Source: an uncultured Alphaproteobacteria bacterium (GTDB lineage: Bacteria > Pseudomonadota > Alphaproteobacteria > Methylaequorales > Methylaequoraceae). Taken from it: 64,000 nucleotides of DNA. The notes under the pieces are model-generated. The model was not told the origin of the DNA. It did not search any database and was given only the letters and a program-made list of their open reading frames with translations. This document shows positions 49,161-60,324 of this stretch, in pieces. A program made the position numbers and the translations under genes. The first letter of the stretch is position 1; each line of letters starts with the position of its first letter. The stretch lies in the NCBI GenBank assembly GCA_902569095.1, contig CACFSX010000001.1, positions 73,575 to 137,574 on the forward strand. The letters are read 5' to 3'.

Positions 49161-51049
49161 TTTCTGAAATTGGCTTTGTGTTTTTGACCTTAACTCTTGT
49201 TATTTCAAGTTTTAGCTTCGCACAACTGATTTATTCACATATGAATTCAAGACTTTTTGTTTTGAACCATCTAAAGATAACTAACTTAATTTTTTTTTTC
49301 ACTTTAAGTTCCTTCATTTCTTTAACCTACTCTTTTTTAACTTCTGATTTTTCTTTAAATGTTGTTGCTCAGAACTCAAACAGCCAACTTCCAACAATTT
49401 ATAAATTTACTGGCGTCTGGGGTAATCACGAAGGATCAATACTTTTATGGTTATTAGTGATGACTTTTTTTGGTTTTTTATTTTCCAAAAATAGTTCAGC
49501 CACTGAAGAATTTAAAAATAATGTTCTCAAAATTCAAAATAGTTTATGCTTTTTAGTAGTATCTTTTATAATTTTTACATCCAATCCATTTGAAAAATCT
49601 TTTCCATATCCAATTGAAGGAGGTGACTTAAATCCACTTTTACAAGATCCAGGACTAGCTATACACCCACCTTTTCTTTATCTGGGTTACGTTGGTTTTT
49701 CAATAATTTACTCCATATCGGTCACTGCTTTATCGGATGGAGTAAAAAACCACTTTATAAAAATTCTTAAACCGTGGGTGTTTATATCCTGGATCTTCTT
49801 GACATGCGGGATAGGTCTTGGGAGTTGGTGGGCATATTATGAATTAGGATGGGGAGGGTTTTGGTTCTGGGATCCTGTTGAGAATGCCTCGCTGCTGCCC
49901 TGGCTAACAGCCTCCGCACTTCTTCATACAATTGTAGTTGCCGACAAAAAGAAAATCTTTATAAATTGGACTATTATCCTTTCAATTCTTACATTTATCC
50001 TTAGTCTGCTCGGGACATTTTTAGTCCGATCTGGCGTTTTGGTTTCTGTCCATGCATTTGCCAACGATCCAACAAGAGGAGTTTACATTCTTCTTCTTTT
50101 AGCTTCTATAAGCTTTTTTGGTATTTTTAAATACATAAACAAAAATATACAGTTGAAACGCGTAGATGTTACCTTGATTTCAAGAGAAGGAATGATTTCT
50201 TTGAATAATATTTTCATGCTTTCTTTAACTTTTACAATTTTAGTAGGAACAATTTATCCATTATTTGCTAGCGTTTTATTTAACTCAAAAATTTCAGTTG
50301 GTGCACCTTTTTTTAACTCAATACTAATGCCTGTAATGTTTCCTTTTATTGCAGGTATGATTATTGGCCCATATACTAAATGGGGGAAAGATGATCTTAT
50401 TGTCCTACTAAATAGAATAAAAATTCTTATCTTGTGTTTTTTTATAATTTCACTCTTTGTATGGTATCTAAATTATAAAACCCCTATTTTATCTATTATA
50501 TTTATAGCATTAGGATGTTGGATAATTTTCAGTTCTTTATTTGAAGTCTTTCAGTTCATAAATAAAAAATTAAGAGTTCCAAAAAAAATCTTTGCTCAAA
50601 TTACAGCACATATTGGAATTGGATTGTTAATTATCGGAGCTACAGGAAGTAGTATTCTTAAACAAGAAAAAATTCAATTCCAAGAAGTAGGCCAATCATT
50701 AAAAATTAAAAACTTTGATGTAGAATTTCTTGGTGTTAAAAAAATAGAAGGACCAAACTACATCAGTCAGATGGGTGTTTTTTCAATTAAAAAACAAGGT
50801 GAACAAATTAAGATTCTTAGACCAGAAAAAAGGTTCTATAATGCAGGTAAACAAGTTACAACTGAAGCCGCTATACATTCAAGCATTTTTGGAGATCTAT
50901 ACATAGCAATTGGAGATGTTCACGAAGACAAAACCAAATGGACTACAAGGATTTGGTTTAATCCATTCACCGTTTGGATATGGATTGGTGTTTTTTTTCT
51001 TGCTTTAGGTGGTTCACTTTCATTTCTAAATAGTTTATCAAGGAAATAA
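49157..51049 (+). CDS. ccmF: cytochrome c heme lyase subunit CcmF
   Basis: 630 aa. WGGFWFWDPVENASLLPW (WWD domain). Confidence 0.92.
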   Translation: MISEIGFVFLTLTLVISSFSFAQLIYSHMNSRLFVLNHLKITNLIFFFTLSSFISLTYSFLTSDFSLNVVAQNSNSQLPTIYKFTGVWGNHEGSILLWLLVMTFFGFLFSKNSSATEEFKNNVLKIQNSLCFLVVSFIIFTSNPFEKSFPYPIEGGDLNPLLQDPGLAIHPPFLYLGYVGFSIIYSISVTALSDGVKNHFIKILKPWVFISWIFLTCGIGLGSWWAYYELGWGGFWFWDPVENASLLPWLTASALLHTIVVADKKKIFINWTIILSILTFILSLLGTFLVRSGVLVSVHAFANDPTRGVYILLLLASISFFGIFKYINKNIQLKRVDVTLISREGMISLNNIFMLSLTFTILVGTIYPLFASVLFNSKISVGAPFFNSILMPVMFPFIAGMIIGPYTKWGKDDLIVLLNRIKILILCFFIISLFVWYLNYKTPILSIIFIALGCWIIFSSLFEVFQFINKKLRVPKKIFAQITAHIGIGLLIIGATGSSILKQEKIQFQEVGQSLKIKNFDVEFLGVKKIEGPNYISQMGVFSIKKQGEQIKILRPEKRFYNAGKQVTTEAAIHSSIFGDLYIAIGDVHEDKTKWTTRIWFNPFTVWIWIGVFFLALGGSLSFLNSLSRK

Positions 51050-51546
51050 TGAAATATTTTCTTTTTTGTGTTTTTTTTTTCTGTATCTACATTTTATACG
51101 AAGGGCTCCAAAAAGATCCAAATTTGGTTCCTTCAAATCTAATTTCGAAAGAGATTCCTGAATTTTCAATTGAATCTCTTCAAGGAAGAAATTTCACCAA
51201 TGTTGATCTAGAAAATAAAGGAGTTGTTATCTTAAATTTTTTTGCATCATGGTGTCCCCCTTGTAAAATTGAACATCCTCAACTTTTGCAGTTAAGTAAC
51301 ATCATTCCAGTATTTGGGATTGCAAAAAAGAATAAAAAAAAAGATTTACTCCCATGGTTGGAAGAACTTGGTAGTCCATATGAAGTAATTGGAATGGATC
51401 ATAATGGTCTTCAAAGTATAAACTGGGGAGTTTACGGATTACCTGAAACTTTTATAATACAAGATGGATTAGTAAAGTATAGGCATGTAGGTCCAATAAT
51501 GAAAAGAGATCTTGAAATTTTTAAAAATTTAACAAAAAAAAAATAA
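51049..51546 (+). CDS. ccmG: thiol:disulfide oxidoreductase CcmG/DsbE
   Basis: 165 aa. FFASWCPPCKIEHP active site. Confidence 0.88.
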   Translation: MKYFLFCVFFFCIYILYEGLQKDPNLVPSNLISKEIPEFSIESLQGRNFTNVDLENKGVVILNFFASWCPPCKIEHPQLLQLSNIIPVFGIAKKNKKKDLLPWLEELGSPYEVIGMDHNGLQSINWGVYGLPETFIIQDGLVKYRHVGPIMKRDLEIFKNLTKKK

Positions 51547-51914
51547 TGATTATTTTTATTTTTTTTATAAATATCATTCTGTCGGAAGCCATTGCAATAG
51601 AACCTAATGAAATTTTAAAAAACAAAGAATTAGAAGCTCAAGCAAGAGCAATTGGCAAAGAACTTAGATGCTTGGTTTGTCAAAACGAAGATATTCAGAA
51701 TTCAAACGCTGATATAGCCAAAGATTTAAGAAAAATTGTACGAATCAAACTCGAAAAAGGTGAATCCAAAGAAGAAATAATAGATTTTATTCACTCGAAG
51801 TATGGTGATTTTGTCCTTTTCTCTCCTCCATTAAGATTTGACACAGTTGGCTTATGGTTGTTACCAATCTCCTTTTTTATTTTATTGACATTTTACTTTT
51901 TTAGAAAAAGATAA
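51546..51914 (+). CDS. ccmH: cytochrome c-type biogenesis protein CcmH
   Basis: 122 aa. LRCLVCQNEDIQNS CxxC motif and a C-terminal TM segment. Confidence 0.88.
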   Translation: MIIFIFFINIILSEAIAIEPNEILKNKELEAQARAIGKELRCLVCQNEDIQNSNADIAKDLRKIVRIKLEKGESKEEIIDFIHSKYGDFVLFSPPLRFDTVGLWLLPISFFILLTFYFFRKR

Positions 51915-52549
51915 TGTTTCTTAGTTTGGTTCTTTTTTTTTTAATAATAATAATGTGCGTATTGTACCTTAACAAATTCCAGAAAAAAACTCTTGAATTT
52001 TTTCTTGTCTTTTTGCTTATAACTATTCCTACAACAATAATTTATCTCTCTAAAGGAAATCTTGAAACTTTCTTTTTTGAGGAAAAAATAAATAAGATCG
52101 TGCAAGAGGGAATAAATGATCCTGAAAATTTTAAGAACATAAGTCCACAAGTTTTAATCATTTTTCTTGAAAAAAAATTAAAAAAAGAACCTAAGGATCT
52201 TCAAGGTTGGTTAATTCTCTCACGAACATGCGTATTGAGTGGACACTATCAAAAAGCAGATAAATATTATAAAAACGCCTTAGAACTTTTTCCAAAAAAT
52301 GAAAATATCTTACTAGAAATTGCTTTGCTTAAAAAAAAAACCAATCAAACAGAAAGTGCAGAAAAGTATCTTAGTAAATTAAAAAATCTTTATCCTTCAA
52401 ATATAAAAGCAAGAGAGTTGCTGATAGAAATTTTTACTAACAATTATATGCATGTGAAAGCAATTAATGAATATAAAGAGCTTGCTATTATTAAAAAAGG
52501 AGAAAACGAATACTTAGAGAGTATTAAAAAAAAATATAATCTAGATTAG
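51914..52549 (+). CDS. TPR-containing cytochrome c biogenesis factor (CcmI/CycH-like, short form)
   Basis: 211 aa with an N-terminal TM segment and TPR-like repeats. Last gene of the ccm cluster. Confidence 0.6.
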   Translation: MFLSLVLFFLIIIMCVLYLNKFQKKTLEFFLVFLLITIPTTIIYLSKGNLETFFFEEKINKIVQEGINDPENFKNISPQVLIIFLEKKLKKEPKDLQGWLILSRTCVLSGHYQKADKYYKNALELFPKNENILLEIALLKKKTNQTESAEKYLSKLKNLYPSNIKARELLIEIFTNNYMHVKAINEYKELAIIKKGENEYLESIKKKYNLD

Positions 52550-53437
52550 TTCTAAATTTTTAGATCTTTTACTTTTTTTAAAAAAAAAATTGATCATTTC
52601 TCTGGTTGCATTTGTTATTTTGAATTTTTTATTACTAAGATGAGTAACTGGTAATATTTTAATTACTGAATTTGTAACAAACATTTCATCAAAAGTTGAA
52701 ATAGTTTTTCTTTTAATTTCAATTTCGCAAACTTCTTTAAAAAATAATTTAGCATTATCAATAACCACTTGTCTCATTATCCCATTAATACCGCTCTTTT
52801 TAATTATTGGAGTATAAAGAACATTATTCTTCGAGAAAAATAAGTTTGTCATTGTACCGTCAATGATACTTTCTGAATTGTCTAACATAACTCCATCAAA
52901 GAATTCATCTTCCTCCCATTCCGATCTAGCCATGACTGAATCAATTCTATTTAAATGTTTCAATCCAGCAAGCATTGAATTTTCAAATATTGGAAATTCA
53001 CAAAATCTTAATTTCACTCCTGTATATAGAGTTTTTTTATTAATCTCTCTTGATGGAAAACTTAAAAAGATGACCGTGGGGACGATCTCCTTTTCAAATT
53101 TATATCCCCTTCCACCAATTCCTCTTGTAATTACAATTTTCAGAACACCATTCTTAATTCCTTTCCTCAAGCATTCATTAAGAATCTTTTCTTTGTAATT
53201 TGTTAAAATTTCTGTCGGTGGCAATTTTATTTTTGTGATTAAACAACCTTGTTTTATTCTTTCTATATGTCTATCCCAGAATTCTACACCTAAAACTTTC
53301 TCATCATCTAAATAAGACCAAGACATTGTTTCAAACAAACCATCACCGTATGAAAGACCTCTATCAATGACAGAAATATGCTTTGAAAATTCTCCATTTA
53401 TCAAAGATATAAAATCATTCATCTTTAAATGACCCAA
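52541..53437 (-). CDS. pabC: aminodeoxychorismate lyase (class IV aminotransferase fold)
   Basis: 298 aa class IV PLP-enzyme fold. Overlaps and follows pabB. Confidence 0.7.
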   Translation of the reverse strand: MGHLKMNDFISLINGEFSKHISVIDRGLSYGDGLFETMSWSYLDDEKVLGVEFWDRHIERIKQGCLITKIKLPPTEILTNYKEKILNECLRKGIKNGVLKIVITRGIGGRGYKFEKEIVPTVIFLSFPSREINKKTLYTGVKLRFCEFPIFENSMLAGLKHLNRIDSVMARSEWEEDEFFDGVMLDNSESIIDGTMTNLFFSKNNVLYTPIIKKSGINGIMRQVVIDNAKLFFKEVCEIEIKRKTISTFDEMFVTNSVIKILPVTHLSNKKFKITNATREMINFFFKKSKRSKNLELI

Positions 53438-54815
53438 CCGCTTTCAGCATACCATTGGCTTTTGCTTCTGTTTCAAGTGTTTCGTTTTGCGGAATTGAAT
53501 CTGCAACGATTCCTCCTCCAGCTCTAAAAAAAAGATCATTGCTTTCTTTCAAAATTGTTCGTATCAAAATATTTATATCCATATTTCCACTATGAGTAAC
53601 ATATCCAAATGATCCTGTGTAAGGACCTCTTCCTTCCTTTTCTAATTCTGCAAGTATTTCCATGCATCTTACTTTTGGACAACCTGTAATTGTTCCACCA
53701 GGAAAAACTGATTTTATAATTTCGCCAGGATTTATATTTTTTCTTTTTTTACCACTTATATTAGACACGATGTGATGAACATGCGCGTACGTCTCTATGC
53801 TCATCATTTCGTCAACTTTTACACTACCTGGTTCACAAACTTTTGAAATGTCATTTCTTTCTAGATCAACTAACATCAAATGCTCGGCCTTCTCTTTATC
53901 CGAATTAATTAATTCTCTAGTTAGTTCTACATCAACAATTCCAGACGTTCCCCTAGGTCTTGTTCCGGCAATAGGTCTAGTCTGCAAATGATCTCCAGAT
54001 ATAGATATTAATCTTTCAGGGGAGGAGCTAATAATTGAGCTTTCCTTATATCTTACTATTCCTGCAAATGGGGCCGGATTTTTTTCCCTAAGTTTCCTGT
54101 AAATATCGATATCTGTTAATTCTTCATCTACCTTAAATCTCCATAATCTTGATAAATTTGCCTGAAAAATCTCACCTTGATAAATATAATCAATGCATGA
54201 CTTAACTTGTGATTGATGTTCAATTGAAGTTCCTTTTGAAAAAATCTTCACCGAACCTTTGGATCTAAAATTTGCATGTGAAAATTTTGATTTATCTAAA
54301 TCACTTAAAATATCGTTGAAATCTTGAGAAAATAAATTTTTATCACTTGTCAAAATTAGAATTCTTTTTTCGTGATCATAAATAATTGAGGTATTTACCC
54401 TGGCTGCAAAAGCATCTGGTAAAAAATAAGGTGACGCGGGTATAACAATTTTTTTTTCAATTTCTTTTGCAATTTCATAACCTAGATAAACAAACCATCC
54501 ACCATAGAATGGTATTTGATTACCTTGATATATCATTTCGTCTTGTTCAACTTTATTTTTATCCCAAAGTTTGTCAAATTCATTTAGAAAATGGATATTG
54601 GCTGAATTTTTAACTAATACGACCTCTGGTTTATAAAAAACAATTGAATACCGGTTTAATAAATTCCCCCTAGAAGAACTTTCCAAAAAATAAGGGTATT
54701 TACTAGGATCCATTTCAGCTAAATTTAAGAGATCAAAACTTTCTGTTTCTTTTAACTCTATAACAATACCATTCCAACCTTTTCCTTGAATTTTTTTTGA
54801 TATATCTCTGTACAT
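53415..54815 (-). CDS. pabB: aminodeoxychorismate synthase component I
   Basis: 466 aa chorismate-binding domain ([22 protein letters not shown]). Called PabB rather than TrpE because of the coupled pabC. Confidence 0.75.
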   Translation of the reverse strand: MYRDISKKIQGKGWNGIVIELKETESFDLLNLAEMDPSKYPYFLESSSRGNLLNRYSIVFYKPEVVLVKNSANIHFLNEFDKLWDKNKVEQDEMIYQGNQIPFYGGWFVYLGYEIAKEIEKKIVIPASPYFLPDAFAARVNTSIIYDHEKRILILTSDKNLFSQDFNDILSDLDKSKFSHANFRSKGSVKIFSKGTSIEHQSQVKSCIDYIYQGEIFQANLSRLWRFKVDEELTDIDIYRKLREKNPAPFAGIVRYKESSIISSSPERLISISGDHLQTRPIAGTRPRGTSGIVDVELTRELINSDKEKAEHLMLVDLERNDISKVCEPGSVKVDEMMSIETYAHVHHIVSNISGKKRKNINPGEIIKSVFPGGTITGCPKVRCMEILAELEKEGRGPYTGSFGYVTHSGNMDINILIRTILKESNDLFFRAGGGIVADSIPQNETLETEAKANGMLKAVGSFKDE

Positions 54816-54892
54816 AAATTTTAGTTGTAATTAATTTTTTTATTATTATATGCTAGTCTTATAATAATATAGACTTTAAATATAAAAAGAAA

Positions 54893-56173
54893 ATGTATCA
54901 TACAATTGTTATTGGTGGGGGATGTTTAGGAGCTGCAGCTGCTATCTCTCTTCAACGAAAACTGAATAAACTCGGCAAAGGTGATAAAGTCTGTTTAGTT
55001 GAAAAAGCTGTTCTATGCGCAGCCGAATCCTCTAGACATTCGGGCATTGTAAGGTCAGCAAATGCAGATCCTGATGCTTCTATTATGGCATCAATGAGTT
55101 CTAAAATGTGGAAAAATCTCTCTTCAGTCTGGGGATTAGATATGGAGCTTGATGAGTTTGGAGCTATCTGGATAGCAAAAAAAAACGCTGATGGAGAAAA
55201 CCCTGCATGGTCTGATCTATCCGACAGAATGAGCAAAATCCAACTAGTTTTCGAAGAAATTGATACAAATTCAGCCACGCAAAAATGTGGTGAAACTTTA
55301 CTTACAGACGAAAATGAATCTTATTTTTACGAGCCGGCAGCATTTCAGTTAGATCCGAGCATTCTTCGGTCAACTCTCTATGATGCTTTAGATGAGAATG
55401 GTGTTGTTTTAATGGAAAAAACTGAGGTCGACACCATTCTAACCAAAGGGAAAGAAATAATAGGCATTACAACTAATAACGGAAAATTGGAAGCCAAAAA
55501 TTTTGTTAATGCAACAGGAGCGTGGAGTTCACAATTGTTTTCAAAGATAGGATTAAAAATACCAGTTACAATTGAACCCGTTTCAGTTGTAAATTGGATG
55601 GAAAGCCCAAAACAAATAAGATATGAATATCCAATAGTGGCTGACTACACAAATCTTTGTTATTTTCGATCATGGAGAGGTAACAAAATGCATGCCCACC
55701 AACCAAGGAAAAGATCTGTCTACGAAATTGCAAAAAATTTTTTAAACGACCTCACATCTGTCAATGGAGGTGAATACCTAAACGAACCAATGAATCAGTC
55801 ACTTGCATATAATCAAATAAAAAATTATGAAGATATTTCAAAAAAGAGATTCTCCAACATAGATAAAACAGTTTATGCATCTGGTTATCGGTCTTTCTTT
55901 GACATTACTCCAGACTTAAGATTCATTTTAGGAAAAGATAGTAAATTCAATAATCTTTTCCATAATCTTGGCTCAGGCCAAGCCATGAAATACTGTCCAG
56001 TTTTAGGTGAGAGTATTGCAGAGGAAATTCTAAACGAATCAGATGTAACAGATAAATTTGACTATAAAAAATTTAACATCAACAGATTTAGTGATGATTA
56101 CATGAAAGATTTTTGGAATCTTGTCCAAGGCGAAGAAAACACGCTTCATCGCCAAGGTAAGAATACACTCTAA
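54893..56173 (+). CDS. FAD-dependent oxidoreductase (DAO family)
   Basis: 426 aa. TIVIGGGCLGAAAA dinucleotide-binding N-terminus. Confidence 0.65.
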   Translation: MYHTIVIGGGCLGAAAAISLQRKLNKLGKGDKVCLVEKAVLCAAESSRHSGIVRSANADPDASIMASMSSKMWKNLSSVWGLDMELDEFGAIWIAKKNADGENPAWSDLSDRMSKIQLVFEEIDTNSATQKCGETLLTDENESYFYEPAAFQLDPSILRSTLYDALDENGVVLMEKTEVDTILTKGKEIIGITTNNGKLEAKNFVNATGAWSSQLFSKIGLKIPVTIEPVSVVNWMESPKQIRYEYPIVADYTNLCYFRSWRGNKMHAHQPRKRSVYEIAKNFLNDLTSVNGGEYLNEPMNQSLAYNQIKNYEDISKKRFSNIDKTVYASGYRSFFDITPDLRFILGKDSKFNNLFHNLGSGQAMKYCPVLGESIAEEILNESDVTDKFDYKKFNINRFSDDYMKDFWNLVQGEENTLHRQGKNTL

Positions 56174-56571
56174 TCTTCCTCATTAGATAAAGAAGTAACG
56201 ACATTTAAGTTTCTCCAAAAATCCTCACTTTTCAAATTAATATCATTCAACCTCATCAGTAAACTTCTCACAATTGCCCTAACTACTGGATCGGCCTCTT
56301 TCAACTTTTGTTTTAAATTCTTTTCATTTATTGGATACAAAATACAGTTTGAGTCCGCTTCAGCAGTAACCGATCTGGATTCGTCTAATGATGGACCTCT
56401 CTCTCCAAAGATTTCTCCTTCGCCAATCTTTCCTAGTAAAAGCCCACCAGGACTATATATGTTTACTCGCCCAGAATGAACATAGTACGCAAAATGAGCT
56501 GCATCACCTTTCGTGTATATTTTTTTTCCTTTACTAAACTTTAGTTGATTTATACCTATTTTTTTAATCAA
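56170..56571 (-). CDS. standalone cyclic-nucleotide-binding (CAP effector) domain protein
   Basis: 133 aa. GEGEIFGE ... RSVTAEA phosphate-binding-cassette-like region. No output domain. Confidence 0.65.
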   Translation of the reverse strand: MIKKIGINQLKFSKGKKIYTKGDAAHFAYYVHSGRVNIYSPGGLLLGKIGEGEIFGERGPSLDESRSVTAEADSNCILYPINEKNLKQKLKEADPVVRAIVRSLLMRLNDINLKSEDFWRNLNVVTSLSNEED

Positions 56572-56574
56572 AAC

Positions 56575-57933
56575 TTATTTCACTCCAAATAATTTTTTAT
56601 TATCTAAGTATCTTTTGGAAAAATCAATATTCGATTTAACTAATCGCCCAAAAAAATTTTTTTTTTCAAAAGTAAAATTAGATGCTTTTTCAGCACGGAG
56701 TTTGACATTATTAATATTTAATTCGTAAAAGATAATTTTCTCTAATTTTTCAAAGATTAAGGATTCTCTATCTGAAGGGAAATAAATCTTATCTCTAACC
56801 AAAAAAACCGGAATCTTAATACCTGTGATTTCCGATACTAACTTAAAGAAAATTTTGGACACTGTAAAATTCCAACCAATATCTTTTCCTTTATACAAAA
56901 ACTTTTGAAGCTTTTGATTGTCAATTATATGATTCTTTATTGCTTTATTTATTTCGCTCGAAGTGTAATCTTGTAATGAAAATTTTTTTCTCTCTCTGAA
57001 TACAGAATTTATAAAGTTTGTAGATGTTTTGGATCGAAAACCTTTCATTATTAAATAACACAATTGATCATAACCCAAAATTTTTGAGAAAGATTTTAGT
57101 TGTAAAGAAATATTTGAATTTGATATCATGCTTAAATAGTTGGAAAAATAATTTGTTAAATCTAAATAACTTGTTTTCGCATTATTTATTGTCAATTTAT
57201 TTTTAATATTTAAGAACAAATGCAAATCAATTTTATTCCACCAACAACCTCCGATCAATCCCTCACCTAATTTTTCAATGTCTTGTTTATAAAAAACAGA
57301 AGAAAAAGGAGAAATGGAAATTTTCTTATTGTCGCCTCTTATTAAAATTTTTTTTTCAAGGCTTGGAATGTCGAAAAGAGTTTTTGAAATATTTTTATTA
57401 TGATTTTCTAAAATTGCTCTTATCTCTTGAGTCTCATAAGAATCTTTGTATTCATGTAGTCTTCCTTTATTGTAAATTAACAAATATTCTTTTTTTCTAT
57501 GATTCACACTTTGAGTTGAAAGTAATTTTATTCTTTCAAATTGGTTTATTAAGATTTTTGAAGACTTAATTCTTGTCAATCTGCTTTTTTTTGTTCTAGT
57601 GTCGTAAAAACCCGCATGAAAATTTATAAGGTTATTTTTAACCAAAAAATTAATAACTTTTATTAGGTAAGAAGATATATTGTTTGGATTATATCTAGAT
57701 TTTGAGTTATAACCTCTCTTTGACATTGATACTGTAAGAAATTGTTTCTCAGATTCAATCCAGCAATAGTAAAGCTCGAGCATTAAAATTTTTAAGTGTT
57801 TCTTAAATAGAGAATTTTTATCTTCTTTGAAAAGCTCAGATATACAATCATCAATAATTTCTGAGCTAATGTTTCTTTGAAAATCTATAGGTCTACTAAA
57901 ATCAAAATCTAATTGATCAGTTTGGCTTTTCAT
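56575..57933 (-). CDS. hypothetical protein, 452 aa, K/N-rich, no family recognised
   Basis: Long uninterrupted ORF whose stop lies 3 nt before the cNMP-binding gene. No TM segments or catalytic motifs are evident by eye. Confidence 0.5.
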   Translation of the reverse strand: MKSQTDQLDFDFSRPIDFQRNISSEIIDDCISELFKEDKNSLFKKHLKILMLELYYCWIESEKQFLTVSMSKRGYNSKSRYNPNNISSYLIKVINFLVKNNLINFHAGFYDTRTKKSRLTRIKSSKILINQFERIKLLSTQSVNHRKKEYLLIYNKGRLHEYKDSYETQEIRAILENHNKNISKTLFDIPSLEKKILIRGDNKKISISPFSSVFYKQDIEKLGEGLIGGCWWNKIDLHLFLNIKNKLTINNAKTSYLDLTNYFSNYLSMISNSNISLQLKSFSKILGYDQLCYLIMKGFRSKTSTNFINSVFRERKKFSLQDYTSSEINKAIKNHIIDNQKLQKFLYKGKDIGWNFTVSKIFFKLVSEITGIKIPVFLVRDKIYFPSDRESLIFEKLEKIIFYELNINNVKLRAEKASNFTFEKKNFFGRLVKSNIDFSKRYLDNKKLFGVK

Positions 57934-57951
57934 AATAAATTCTTATAAATT

Positions 57952-58239
57952 ATGTATTTTGTAGATTTTTTTTTATACATCATTTTTCAAATTTTGCAGA
58001 TTTATAAATATGCTGTAATAATTTATGTAATTTCAAGCATGTTAATTTCATTTAATATTATTAACACTAACAATAGAATAATTTCAATTGTAATGGATTT
58101 TTTATTTAAGTTGATCGAACCGCTTCTTAGGGTTATAAGAAATGTAATCCCAAACTTCGGTGCAATTGATATTTCACCTGTAATATTAATAATAGTAATT
58201 GAAGCATTTCAATATATTATAACAAAATACGGATTCTAA
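57952..58239 (+). CDS. yggT: YggT-family membrane protein
   Basis: 95 aa with two TM segments and the ...IPNFGAIDISPVILII... pattern. Confidence 0.65.
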   Translation: MYFVDFFLYIIFQILQIYKYAVIIYVISSMLISFNIINTNNRIISIVMDFLFKLIEPLLRVIRNVIPNFGAIDISPVILIIVIEAFQYIITKYGF

Positions 58240-58240
58240 T

Positions 58241-59134
58241 ATGGTTAATAAAATAATAGACGGAAAACTTATATCTTCTGAAATAAGAGAAAAAGTTAAA
58301 AAATTTGGAGATCAACTTAAAAGTAAAACAGGAAAAGTTCCAGGACTGGCTGTTGTACTTGTTGGCGAAAATCCTGCTAGTAGGGTTTATGTTAAGAATA
58401 AAATTGAAAAAACAATTGAAGTTGGTTTCAATTCAATTGAGCATAAATTGAGCGAGAAAGTATCTGAGAATGAATTAATTGATTTAGTTGATAAATTAAA
58501 TAATGACGAAAATGTACAAGGAATTCTTGTACAATTACCTCTACCAGAACATGTAAACTCAGATAAAATTTTAGATAGAATAAAACCTGAAAAAGATGTT
58601 GACGGTTTTCATGCTAATAATGTTGGAAAACTCTGGTCAGGTTTAAATTCTCTTGTACCTTGCACGCCTTTGGGTTGTAGTATTCTTATAAAAAAGATTT
58701 CAAAAGATCTATCAGGCAAACATGCAGTAATAATTGGAAGGTCAAATATAGTTGGGAAGCCAATGGCCGCACTACTTCTTGGAATGAACGCTACTGTAAC
58801 AATATGTCATTCAAGAACAAAAGACTTGGAATCTGTCTGTAAGGATGCTGATATTGTTGTGGCTGCTGTTGGAATTCCAGAAATGGTCAAGTCAAATTGG
58901 ATCAAGGAAGGTTCAATAATTATCGATGTCGGAATTAATAGAATTGAAAGAGATGCAAAGAAAATTCTAGTTGGAGATGTTGATTATGAAGATTGTCTAA
59001 CAAAATGCTCTCTCATCACTCCTGTTCCTGGTGGAGTAGGGCCCATGACAATAGCCTGTCTCCTTCTAAACACACTTCTTGCATCCTACCCTCAGTTTAA
59101 CCAACCAACTCCTGATTTATCGTCTATGCTTTAG
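58241..59134 (+). CDS. folD: bifunctional methylenetetrahydrofolate dehydrogenase/methenyl-THF cyclohydrolase
   Basis: 297 aa. [31 protein letters not shown]. Confidence 0.93.
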   Translation: MVNKIIDGKLISSEIREKVKKFGDQLKSKTGKVPGLAVVLVGENPASRVYVKNKIEKTIEVGFNSIEHKLSEKVSENELIDLVDKLNNDENVQGILVQLPLPEHVNSDKILDRIKPEKDVDGFHANNVGKLWSGLNSLVPCTPLGCSILIKKISKDLSGKHAVIIGRSNIVGKPMAALLLGMNATVTICHSRTKDLESVCKDADIVVAAVGIPEMVKSNWIKEGSIIIDVGINRIERDAKKILVGDVDYEDCLTKCSLITPVPGGVGPMTIACLLLNTLLASYPQFNQPTPDLSSML

Positions 59135-60316
59135 TAGTTTGAGCCTGAGTGCGTTTAATTTGATGAACCCCTCAGCATCTTTTTGATTATAAATTGAGTC
59201 TTCTTCAAAAGTTGCCATTTCACTGCTATAAAGACTATTTTTTGACTTTCTTCCGAGTATAATAATATTTCCTTTATAAATTTTTAGCTTTACAGTACCC
59301 TCTACTTTTGATTGCGATTTATCAATCAATGACTGTAACATTTCTCTTTCTGGAGAAAACCAGAAACCATTATAGATTAATTCTGCATACTTGGGCATTA
59401 ATTCATCTTTCAAATGAGCTGAAGATTTGTCAAGTGTAATACTTTCTATTGCTCTTCTTGAAGCAAGAAGAATTTCTCCTCCAGGAGTTTCGTATACACC
59501 TCTTGATTTCATGCCTACAAATCTATTTTCAACAATATCAATTCTTCCAATTCCATTTTCACCGCCTATTTTATTTAATCTAGCAAGAAGTTTAGCAGGT
59601 GATAGTTTTTCTCCATTAATAGAAATTAAGTCTCCCTTGAAAAACTCTAAATCAATTATTGTTGGGGTGTTAGGAGCATCCTCACAAGAAATAGTTCTTG
59701 TGTACATTGACTCGTTTGGCTGCGCCCAAGGATCTTCCAAAATTTTTCCTTCATATGAAGTATGCAGGAGATTTGCATCCATTGAATAAGGGGGCTCATC
59801 ACTATTTTCAGGTGATACAGAAATTTGTGATTTTTTGGCATATTCTATCAAATCCTTTCTAGACTTCAAATTCCATTCTCTCCAAGGAGCAATGACTTTA
59901 ATTTTTGGGTTTAATGCATAATATCCCAACTCAAATCTAATTTGATCATTACCCTTTCCCGTTGAACCGTGTGCAACGAACTCTGCACCTACCTTTTTCG
60001 CAATTTCAAGTTGTTTTTTTGCTATTAATGGTCTTGCTATAGATGTCCCTAGAAGATAGTAACCTTCATAAACTGCATTAGCCCTGAACATTGGAAATAC
60101 ATAATCCTTAACAAAGTCTTCTTTCAAGTCATCAATAAAAATTTCTTTTACTCCAAGTTTTAAAGCCTTATCCTTGGCTTCTTTGACCTCAGTTCCTTGG
60201 CCAATATCGGCAGTGAAAGTTACAACTTCTAAATTTCTTTCATTTTGAAGCCATCTTAATATTACAGATGTATCAAGACCTCCAGAAAAGGCTAGAACAA
60301 CTTTTTTTTTATTCAT
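59117..60316 (-). CDS. argG: argininosuccinate synthase
   Basis: 399 aa. [10 protein letters not shown]-loop-like motif and [13 protein letters not shown]. Confidence 0.93.
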   Translation of the reverse strand: MNKKKVVLAFSGGLDTSVILRWLQNERNLEVVTFTADIGQGTEVKEAKDKALKLGVKEIFIDDLKEDFVKDYVFPMFRANAVYEGYYLLGTSIARPLIAKKQLEIAKKVGAEFVAHGSTGKGNDQIRFELGYYALNPKIKVIAPWREWNLKSRKDLIEYAKKSQISVSPENSDEPPYSMDANLLHTSYEGKILEDPWAQPNESMYTRTISCEDAPNTPTIIDLEFFKGDLISINGEKLSPAKLLARLNKIGGENGIGRIDIVENRFVGMKSRGVYETPGGEILLASRRAIESITLDKSSAHLKDELMPKYAELIYNGFWFSPEREMLQSLIDKSQSKVEGTVKLKIYKGNIIILGRKSKNSLYSSEMATFEEDSIYNQKDAEGFIKLNALRLKLLKHRR

Positions 60317-60324
60317 AAAGTTTA

